The notes beneath the pieces are model-generated. The model was not told the origin of the DNA. It made no database searches and was given only the letters and a program-made list of their open reading frames with translations. A stretch of DNA of 32,000 nucleotides from Thermococcus kodakarensis KOD1 (GTDB taxonomy: Archaea > Methanobacteriota_B > Thermococci > Thermococcales > Thermococcaceae): NCBI RefSeq assembly GCF_000009965.1, contig NC_006624.1, positions 1,050,001-1,082,000 on the forward strand, written 5' to 3'. Positions 1-8,439 of the stretch are shown here, one piece after another. Position 1 is the first letter of the stretch. Each line of letters starts with the position of its first letter. A program made the translations under genes and the position numbers.

Positions 1-1652
<1,652 letters not shown>

Positions 1653-1656
<4 letters not shown>

Positions 1657-1940
1657 CCAAAGGCGAAAAGCCTGTCGTCTTCACCCTTAAACACTCCGAG
1701 CCTCACTCCAGCGTCAATAAACCCGTGGGCATAATTGAGAGCGGCGAAAGCGGTCACGTAGTCGCCCTTCTCGTAGTAGTACTTGGCGTCCTCAAAATAG
1801 CTCCTCGCCATGGTTAAAAAGTCGCGGGCGACGCTCATAAGAAGGCTCTTCTCGTGGACGGCTATTTCAAGCCTCTCAAGGGCCTCTTCGGTTATTTTGA
1901 AATACTTCTGGAGCTTCTCATCCGTTATCTCGCGCCCCAC
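1653..1940 (-). CDS. Small helical protein, DUF357-like (family recalled from memory)
   Basis: 95-aa ORF overlapping the next gene's start by 4 nt. TTTATAAG TATA at ~1972-1979 on the minus strand, about 30 nt upstream of the ATG. Confidence 0.7.
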
Positions 1941-1992
1941 CGGTCTCGCCTCGTCAGACCTTTTACAAGTCTCTTATAAACCTTACTTCAAA

Positions 1993-2057
1993 GGGGGGCA
2001 GTAGGGATGTCGCCCCCCTGGGGGTCCCGACGTCATCGCAACCCAATACTCGTCGGG
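1993..2057 (-). ncRNA. Candidate structured small RNA with two adjacent GC-rich hairpins; strand and ends uncertain
   Basis: GGGGGGC(1993-1999)/GCCCCCC(2012-2018) forms a 7-bp stem. CCCGACG(2026-2032)/CGTCGGG(2051-2057) forms a 7-bp stem with an 18-nt loop containing GATGA on the minus strand. A spare TATA-like TTTTATTT (minus, 2080-2087) lies about 25 nt upstream. Both flanking genes have their own TATA boxes. Confidence 0.25.
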
Positions 2058-2145
2058 CACTTGGGGTTATCGCGCGACCAAATAAAAGGCTTGCCCATTC
2101 CAAACCCTTATAACCCCTCCAGCCCTTCTCCCACCGGTGCGAGGT

Positions 2146-2646
2146 ATGGCTGGAACAGTGAGCAGGATAGTCCACTTTGAGGATGAGGAGAAGTTTATAG
2201 ACGACATTGACTTTGCCCTTGAGCGCTTTTCATACTTGGCGAGCAGATACGGCCACAATCCCATCAAAGGCGTCGTCCTGTGGGACTACATAGCTATAGA
2301 GGACAATGAAGATGTCAAGGTCTTCCGCGTCGGCGAGTTCCCCTTCGTGGAGGGTATGCTTAAGCTCGACCTCGAAAAGATACGGACGCTTGAGGGATAC
2401 TTTGACGAGATGGAGAGCAAGTGGGACGAGCTGACGGTTGAGGAGATAAACGCCTACGTGGAAATGATGAACGAGGCATTGGGCGAGAGGAGGGTCTTTT
2501 ACGATGCATACTCCCTCGGCCTCGACAGGAACACGGCGTACATAATCATAGACATACACGCGCTCCACTACCTTGCTGGAATCCTCGAGGGCGAGGAAAA
2601 GGAGCTTTTAGATGAGGCCGCTGAAGTCCTGCTCAGGTACATTTGA
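2146..2646 (+). CDS. Hypothetical cytoplasmic protein (166 aa), no family recognised
   Basis: Long ORF. ATG at 2146 is preceded by GAGGT SD and by TTATAA at 2108-2113. The GTG at 2137 is a less likely start. Confidence 0.8.
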   Translation: MAGTVSRIVHFEDEEKFIDDIDFALERFSYLASRYGHNPIKGVVLWDYIAIEDNEDVKVFRVGEFPFVEGMLKLDLEKIRTLEGYFDEMESKWDELTVEEINAYVEMMNEALGERRVFYDAYSLGLDRNTAYIIIDIHALHYLAGILEGEEKELLDEAAEVLLRYI

Positions 2647-2706
2647 TTGCCTAATTATGTAATTACGTAATTGTTGGATTAAACAACTAAAGCTTTGGTG
2701 GTCGCC

Positions 2707-2967
2707 ATGCTGTTCAAGAAGAGGGGCGTCTTTACCGAGGAAGACGCCAAAAAAGTCGTGGAGTGGATGGGCGCCCATCCCGAGGAGAAGGAGCTCATAG
2801 TGATGGCAGAGGTCGTTGAAAACACCGCGAAGAGAAGGTTATGGGACTTTGCCAGGGCGGTGAAGCTCATGGCCGACATGACCGGTGAGGAAAGGGAAGT
2901 GAGAGTGGAAATACTTGAGGGGTTCGTCAGCGAAAAGGTAAAGGGAATTGACGTTGAGGAGCTGTGA
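2707..2967 (+). CDS. Small acidic hypothetical protein (86 aa)
   Basis: ATG at 2707 is preceded by GGTGGT SD. Its stop lies 9 nt before the queE start, so it is probably co-transcribed. Confidence 0.6.
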   Translation: MLFKKRGVFTEEDAKKVVEWMGAHPEEKELIVMAEVVENTAKRRLWDFARAVKLMADMTGEEREVRVEILEGFVSEKVKGIDVEEL

Positions 2968-2976
2968 GGTGTCAGA

Positions 2977-3738
2977 ATGAGGGTGATAATGGCCGAGGTC
3001 TTCAACAGCTGGCAGGGAGAAGGAGGGAGCGTCGAAGGCTCTGCCTTCGGAAGGAGGCAGATTTTCGTCCGCTTCGCCGGCTGCGACCTTCATTGTGCCT
3101 GGTGCGACTCAAGGGAATACATAGATGCCTCACGAGTTTCCAGCTGGAGGTACGAGGTCAAGCCCTTCACGGGGCGATTTGAATACAGGCCGAACCCAGC
3201 GAGCGTTGAAGAAGTGGTTGAAGCTGTTCTCAGGCTCGATACTGGGGATATACACTCGATAAGCTATACCGGCGGAGAGCCGACGCTCCAGGTGAAGCCT
3301 CTAATGGCCCTGATGGAGAGGATGAAAGAGCTCGGCTTCGACAACTTCCTAGAGACCCATGGCGGCCTTCCAGAGCTGATTAGAGATGTAGCACCGCTGA
3401 CGGACTACGCGAGCGTCGACATAAAGGACGAGAGCGCGAAGGCAACGGAAGACTGGAAAGGCCTCGTCCTCAGAGAAGTTGAGAGCATCAGAATCCTGAA
3501 GGAAGCTGGAGCGAAGACCTACGCAAAGCTCGTCGTTACCAGCGAGACGAAAGTAGAGAACGTTCAGTGGTACGCCTCACTTCTAAAGGGCCTCGCTCCT
3601 CTCGTCATCCAGCCGAGGGAACCCATAGAGGTTTCTCAGGCAAAGCTCATGGAGTTCTACCGTGAGGCGGCAAGGATAATGGGCAGGAAGAACGTCGGTC
3701 TCAGCTTCCAGGTTCACAAGTACCTGAACGTGCTTTGA
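2977..3738 (+). CDS. queE: 7-carboxy-7-deazaguanine synthase (radical SAM, archaeosine/queuosine precursor pathway)
   Basis: N-terminus EVFNSWQGEGGSVEGSAFGRRQIFVRFAGCDLHCAWCDS is the QueE signature with CX3CX2C. SYTGGEPTL is a SAM-binding motif. Confidence 0.88.
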   Translation: MRVIMAEVFNSWQGEGGSVEGSAFGRRQIFVRFAGCDLHCAWCDSREYIDASRVSSWRYEVKPFTGRFEYRPNPASVEEVVEAVLRLDTGDIHSISYTGGEPTLQVKPLMALMERMKELGFDNFLETHGGLPELIRDVAPLTDYASVDIKDESAKATEDWKGLVLREVESIRILKEAGAKTYAKLVVTSETKVENVQWYASLLKGLAPLVIQPREPIEVSQAKLMEFYREAARIMGRKNVGLSFQVHKYLNVL

Positions 3739-3770
3739 GAGAGTTTTTAAGGCCCCCAACCAAACCCTTC

Positions 3771-3829
3771 CGGCAATGATGAGATTGGCCTTTGGGGTCA
3801 TGGATGCCCGGGATCGACGGCCTGAGCCT
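3771..3829 (+). ncRNA. Candidate C/D-box sRNA (2'-O-methylation guide)
   Basis: Perfect C box ATGATGA at 3776-3782 and D box CTGA at 3822-3825, with a 39-nt spacing. GGC(3772-3774)/GCC(3826-3828) forms a terminal stem. TTTTTAAG TATA at 3744-3751 places the TSS at about 3772-3776. The internal D'/C' boxes are degenerate (GUCA / UGGAUG). Confidence 0.4.
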
Positions 3830-3896
3830 CCGTCAAATTTTTAAGCCCCCCTCTTTTAGTAACCTTCGGTATTCTAAAGGAGCTGGGGGTGAGAAA

Positions 3897-5219
3897 ATGC
3901 CAGTGATCGAGGAGGTGGCCACCAAGAGCTTCGAGAGGATTGGAATGCACTCCCACATAAGGGGCCTTGGCCTCGACGAGAACGGAAAGGCGAAGTTCAT
4001 GGCCGACGGAATGGTCGGACAGATAAAGGCAAGGGAAGCGGCCGGAATAGCCGTTGAGCTCATAAAGCGCGGCAAGCTCGCGGGAAAGGGAATCCTTCTC
4101 GTTGGCCCAACCGGAAGCGGTAAGACGGCGATAGCCATGGGAATCGCGAGGGAGCTCGGTGAGGACGTCCCCTTCGTCCAGATAGCGGGCAGTGAGATCT
4201 ACTCCGCGGAGGTCAACAAGACGGAGTTCCTCAAGCAGGCCATGAGGAGGGCTATAGGCGTCAGGATAAGCGAGGAGAGAAAGGTCTACGAGGGCGAGGT
4301 AAAGTCCATCGAGGTCAGGAAGACGAGGCACCCCTTCAACCCGTACGTCGAGATTCCGGAGAGCGTCATCATAACCCTCCGCACGAAGGACGACGAGAAG
4401 ACGATAAGGGCGGGAAGGGAGATAGCCTACCAGCTCATGGAGATGGGCGTCGAAGAGGGCGACGTTATCCAGATAGACGCTGAGACAGGTAGAATATCGA
4501 AGGTAGGAACCACGAAGGAGGAAGAGGGGCTCTTCTTCAAGAAAAAGGTCAACCTTCCGAGCGGGCCAGTTCTGAAAATCAAGGAGTTCACCTACACGGT
4601 CACCCTACACGACCTCGACGTTGCCAACGCCAGGGGCAACATCTTCGGTCTGCTCTTCAGCACCGGTGCGGAGATAAGCGATGAAGTGAGGCAGAGAGTT
4701 GATGAGACCGTTAAGAAGTGGATCGAGGAGGGCAGGGCCACACTCGTTCCCGGTGTTCTGTTCATAGACGAGGTTCACATGCTCGACATCGAGGCGTTCT
4801 CGTTCCTCGCCAGGGCCATGGAGAGCGAGCTCGCGCCGATACTAATCCTGGCTACCAACCGGGGCAGAACGAAAATAAGGGGCACCGACATCGAGGCGCC
4901 ACACGGAATCCCGATTGACATGCTCGACAGGCTCCTCATAATCAACACCGAGCCGTACAAGAAGGAGGAGATCAGGGAGATAGTCAAGATAAGGGCGAAG
5001 GAGGAGAAGATAGAGGTCAGCGAGGAGGCGATAGAGTACCTCGCGGAGCTTGGGGAAAAGACCAGCCTAAGGTATGCAGTCCAGCTTCTCGCACCGGCGA
5101 GCGTTTTAGCTAAGGGTGGCAGGGTCGAGAAGGAGCACGTCGAGAGGGCCAAGGAGTACTTCGCCGACATAAAGAGGAGCATCCAGTTCGTTGAGAAGCT
5201 TGAGGGCATGCTGCAGTGA
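3897..5219 (+). CDS. RuvB-like / TIP49-family AAA+ ATPase (Pontin/Reptin homologue)
   Basis: HSHIRGLGLD, Walker A GPTGSGKTAIA, Walker B LFIDEVHMLD, and an OB-like insertion domain between the Walker motifs. ATG at 3897 is preceded by GGGGGTGA SD. The upstream in-frame extension from 3792 is rejected. Confidence 0.9.
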   Translation: MPVIEEVATKSFERIGMHSHIRGLGLDENGKAKFMADGMVGQIKAREAAGIAVELIKRGKLAGKGILLVGPTGSGKTAIAMGIARELGEDVPFVQIAGSEIYSAEVNKTEFLKQAMRRAIGVRISEERKVYEGEVKSIEVRKTRHPFNPYVEIPESVIITLRTKDDEKTIRAGREIAYQLMEMGVEEGDVIQIDAETGRISKVGTTKEEEGLFFKKKVNLPSGPVLKIKEFTYTVTLHDLDVANARGNIFGLLFSTGAEISDEVRQRVDETVKKWIEEGRATLVPGVLFIDEVHMLDIEAFSFLARAMESELAPILILATNRGRTKIRGTDIEAPHGIPIDMLDRLLIINTEPYKKEEIREIVKIRAKEEKIEVSEEAIEYLAELGEKTSLRYAVQLLAPASVLAKGGRVEKEHVERAKEYFADIKRSIQFVEKLEGMLQ

Positions 5220-5302
5220 GTTTCCTCCTCTCCTTTTATGGTTTTTAGCCAGGCAGAAGAATTTTTATAAGGAGTTACGTTTTAACTCTGTCCGGTGGTA
5301 GT

Positions 5303-5608
5303 ATGAGGCGGCTCTATTACGCGCTTCCCTTCTTGCTCATCGCGACGGGTTATGTGCTCTGGAACGTCAGAATAACACCCGGAATAATAGCACTCTTCAA
5401 CTGGCTGACGTTTTTCCTGGAGCTTAGGTACGGCGGAGAATCAAAAGAAGGGGAAGAGCTTGTTACTATGAGCATAGCCGTGAGTTCTTTACTTGGGCTT
5501 GGCAAGGGTACTCTAGCGTCCATTGGTGAGTTTCTAGCGCTCTTCACATTCATACTCGAGCTTACAGCCCTGATGATTAAAGTCAGAACTCCATCAAGGG
5601 CCAGGTGA
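5303..5608 (+). CDS. Small hypothetical membrane protein (about 3 TM)
   Basis: 101-aa hydrophobic ORF. TTTTTATAAGG TATA lies about 40 nt upstream. Confidence 0.55.
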   Translation: MRRLYYALPFLLIATGYVLWNVRITPGIIALFNWLTFFLELRYGGESKEGEELVTMSIAVSSLLGLGKGTLASIGEFLALFTFILELTALMIKVRTPSRAR

Positions 5609-5650
5609 CGCCAAAAACTTTTTATGGCCTAATTGTTACTTCAGTATGAG

Positions 5651-6340
5651 ATGATAACAATGCGGACTAAAGATTGGAAGTCAATAAGCGGGACAATCCT
5701 CGTACTCATTGCGGTAGCTTTAGTGGTAATCTCGGCGGGATGTTCAAAAGGCCCGAACACCGAAAACACACCCACGAGCACGAGTGTTGAGAACACAAGT
5801 ATGTCCTCTACCCAAGACAGCACACTCATGTTGAAACTCAACGGCACGTTCTCGGGCCAGCTTAGCGTTCCAGCATCACTAGCCGAGGAAGTCAGGGAGT
5901 ACTTCGAGAAGAGCAACACCACCCTGTACTCCTTCGAAGTTGAAGTTGTGAATGATAACGGCAAGCCCCAGGCGAGCATTACACTGTATCTCCTGAAAAT
6001 CGTGCCGCCGTTTGAGCCGAAAGACTTTGAAGTTCTCATTAATGGCAAACCCGTTTCCAGAGAAACATACGTACCTGTCTACGAGGATGTTCCCGTGGTC
6101 ATTGAGTACTCTGGAAAACAGTACCCCAGACAGTTGACTGCAAAAGTCAAAGAGAAGTCCCGTGCAAGGTTCACAGCCAAAAAGTCCGAACTTGATAAGC
6201 ATCCCGGCGAGACCATTAAACTAGGAACAGTGGAGGGTTTTGCCCTGCTCGCTCACGTGAACGATGCCGGGAACTACACCTTCATAGTTAAGGGGAGAAA
6301 CGGCGAAGAGCTTGCAACAGGCGGACTTGTTGTTGGTTAA
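5651..6340 (+). CDS. Hypothetical secreted lipoprotein
   Basis: Signal peptide ending in the lipobox-like VISAGCS, a Thr/Ser-rich linker and four N-x-S/T sequons. The start could be ATG 5651 or 5660; the track start at 5633 is TTG. Confidence 0.7.
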   Translation: MITMRTKDWKSISGTILVLIAVALVVISAGCSKGPNTENTPTSTSVENTSMSSTQDSTLMLKLNGTFSGQLSVPASLAEEVREYFEKSNTTLYSFEVEVVNDNGKPQASITLYLLKIVPPFEPKDFEVLINGKPVSRETYVPVYEDVPVVIEYSGKQYPRQLTAKVKEKSRARFTAKKSELDKHPGETIKLGTVEGFALLAHVNDAGNYTFIVKGRNGEELATGGLVVG

Positions 6341-7326
6341 CCTTCCATAATTTTCTCCAGCTTCCTGCACAGGTTCAGATGGAAGAGAAACTCCCTTTGA
6401 AGCTCCCCATTCCTGAAGATAAGCTTGAGCTCGTTCAGCCTCTTCTTCCCTCCGAACTCGCCGTAAACCAGTGTCCCGTTCACCTCAACCAGCCCCAAAA
6501 CCGCCGCGAGGTTGAAGATGAGCGTCCTGAGCTGGTAGGCGGAGACCTCGTGGGTGCCGAGCCTTGCAGTTGGATATTCAAAGTAGAAGTATTCGAGACC
6601 CTCTATTCTAGCAACGTCGGTTATGGCAAGGTCGGCCGTCAGAAAGACCACCATCGCCGGGCTCATCTCGTCGTAGTGCTTGAGGGTCTTCACTATGCGC
6701 TCGTCGTTGTTGTGACCCTCTCCGTAGCGCTCAACAACGATTATCCTATCCCTCAGGGCCTCAAACTCCTTTAGGGCTATGTACGCGGCTTTTCTGGCCT
6801 TCTTCGTCCTCCTGTTGCTCAGCTCACGCAGGAGATGGCCGTTTTTGACTGTGCTCATAATCTCGTGAAGGTAGTTTGAGCGGTACTTGTAGTTCATGGC
6901 GCTCTCTATCTCGTTTTTGACGTCCTCGGCGACGACGATCTGGTATCCATCGAGGGGACGATAGTTGGATATAAAGCGGTGGTAGAATATGTTGGTGTCG
7001 GGAGAGAACACAACACCTTTTCTAAGGATACGGTACAGCTCCAGCATTTCCTTAAAGTCCTCTATGTTGTCGTACGTGATCACTCCCGAGGAGATAAACG
7101 CCTCGTAGAAGTCGGAGTATGAAGGCAGTTCTGGGTGCCTGACATGGAAGTCCCGCTTTTCAGCCTGGACTTCCAGCAGATAGCCCCTCTCTGTGGGGCT
7201 GGCTGTAAAGAGAAGCGTGCCGTAGATTGGAAAACTCACCCGGATTTTTTCCCGTTCTTGGAGGAGGTTGATGAGTATCTGAAGTTCGGGCTTTTCGATA
7301 ACCACTTCACCCGCCATTTCCGTCAC
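6337..7326 (-). CDS. PIN-domain nuclease-like protein (329 aa) with uncharacterised N- and C-terminal domains
   Basis: Canonical PIN acidic positions in context: VVFSPDTNIFY (D110), VKNEIES (E139), NNDERIVKTL (D208), VVFLTADLAITD (D232/D237). The start (7326 or 7317) overlaps the upstream gene's end. Confidence 0.75.
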   Translation of the reverse strand: MTEMAGEVVIEKPELQILINLLQEREKIRVSFPIYGTLLFTASPTERGYLLEVQAEKRDFHVRHPELPSYSDFYEAFISSGVITYDNIEDFKEMLELYRILRKGVVFSPDTNIFYHRFISNYRPLDGYQIVVAEDVKNEIESAMNYKYRSNYLHEIMSTVKNGHLLRELSNRRTKKARKAAYIALKEFEALRDRIIVVERYGEGHNNDERIVKTLKHYDEMSPAMVVFLTADLAITDVARIEGLEYFYFEYPTARLGTHEVSAYQLRTLIFNLAAVLGLVEVNGTLVYGEFGGKKRLNELKLIFRNGELQREFLFHLNLCRKLEKIMEG

Positions 7327-7780
7327 CCAGGAAGTTCTTGAGAACCTGCATGTGCGTTGGGAGCATCATGTAAGGCCTGTTCGGGAACTGGACGTCGAGA
7401 AGGGCCATGTAGAGTATCTCCCTAACGTTCGACTCCCGGCTGTGGATTATCGCGGCGGCAACCAGCGCCTTCCTCCCGGAGGTCATGTTGAGGACGATGT
7501 CGCCGTCCTTCTCCTTCAGCTTGGAGAAGAGGTTTTTCAGAACCTTATCTGCCTCCTTGAAGTCGTCATCTGGTATGACGAGGGTCTTCACTTCGGGAGA
7601 GAAGCCGTATGCCTCTGAGATCGTCTTTATTGCCTCCGTTATTTTCGGCAGGCTGTGGGAGTATCTCCTTTCGGTTACGATATAAACTTCCTTTGGGCGT
7701 TCTCCCCTCATAACGGAGGCGTAGTATGTGTTCACCAGCGCCCAGGGCGTTCTCCCGAGCAGAGCTATGTGGACGCTCAT
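7307..7780 (-). CDS. Minimal standalone CARF-like (Rossmann-type ligand sensor) protein, 157 aa
   Basis: Alternating beta/alpha pattern. Motif after strand 1 is HIALLGRTPWALVNTYY. Motif after strand 4 is DIVLNMTSGRKALVAAA, which is DxTGG[RK]-like. ATGA start/stop overlap with the upstream gene at 7777-7780. Confidence 0.6.
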   Translation of the reverse strand: MSVHIALLGRTPWALVNTYYASVMRGERPKEVYIVTERRYSHSLPKITEAIKTISEAYGFSPEVKTLVIPDDDFKEADKVLKNLFSKLKEKDGDIVLNMTSGRKALVAAAIIHSRESNVREILYMALLDVQFPNRPYMMLPTHMQVLKNFLGDGNGG

Positions 7781-8238
7781 TCGACCATCACCATCCCGTA
7801 GAGGACGCTTTCCGAGAAGTCTATCTCAACCAGTGAGCTTATCTCAATTCCAATAGCGTCTATGCTCGGCCTCACCTTCTCAGGCATCCTGCATGGCTCA
7901 CCGTGCTCAAATGGACAGTCGTCGCAGAGGTTGCAGTTGCCTGGGAAAAGGGCCATTGCGTAGAGCTTCCCCTGTTTAAAGAGCTCTGCTTCCTTCTTCA
8001 AAAGCCACAGGAGAACCTTCCTCTTCTCGTTTTCGAAGTCGTTCATATCGACCTCAAACTTCACGAGAAGGGCTTTTTTGAAGGATCTGACCCACTCTTT
8101 TGCTTCCTTCCAGTCGGGGGCGTATGGCGGACAGCTCGGCCTCTTTCCGTACATCGGACAGGTCCTGCACTTCCAGACAGGCCTCGGTGAGACGGTTATC
8201 TTCTCCGCCGGAATTTCCTTCTCCCACACCACGCGCAT
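7777..8238 (-). CDS. Cys-rich predicted metal-binding protein, DUF2284-like
   Basis: CRTCPMYGKRPSCPPY and CNLCDDCPFEHGEPC cysteine clusters. ATG at 8238; the track start at 8247 is GTG. First gene of the three-gene operon. Confidence 0.75.
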   Translation of the reverse strand: MRVVWEKEIPAEKITVSPRPVWKCRTCPMYGKRPSCPPYAPDWKEAKEWVRSFKKALLVKFEVDMNDFENEKRKVLLWLLKKEAELFKQGKLYAMALFPGNCNLCDDCPFEHGEPCRMPEKVRPSIDAIGIEISSLVEIDFSESVLYGMVMVE

Positions 8239-8439
8239 CGTGCTCACAAAAAGATGTTAGGACGAAGAAGGTTAAAACGTTTCCCCGTCGGATTTCCAAC
8301 AGTTGATTATTTCTCGGTGCAACTATCCTTTGAGATGCCACTAACTACGGAAACTTCACCCCAGCTCGACTTTGGCATATCCCTTCAGAATTTTGACCTT
8401 TTCCAAAACCTTTTTACCCTCAATGACGTAACTAAAACC

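Noticed and set aside
1993-2080. tRNA, SRP RNA or RNase P RNA in the GC-rich spacer
   Set aside because: There is no cloverleaf (no T-loop GTTCRANNC and no 7-bp acceptor stem pairing the ends). The element is far too short for SRP or RNase P RNA.
2679-3093. Minus-strand ORFs of 108 and 84 aa opposite the small ORF and the queE start
   Set aside because: They have Ser/Thr/Leu-rich shadow composition and lie antisense to queE's conserved N-terminus.
3792-3896. 35-codon N-terminal extension of the TIP49-like ORF
   Set aside because: The extension covers a TATA-like element and the candidate sRNA region. ATG 3897 has a strong GGGGGTGA SD and begins the conserved N-terminus.
8254-8439. 62-codon N-terminal extension of the PEBP ORF
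   Set aside because: The sequence is not protein-like. The signal peptide with its lipobox starts at ATG 8440.
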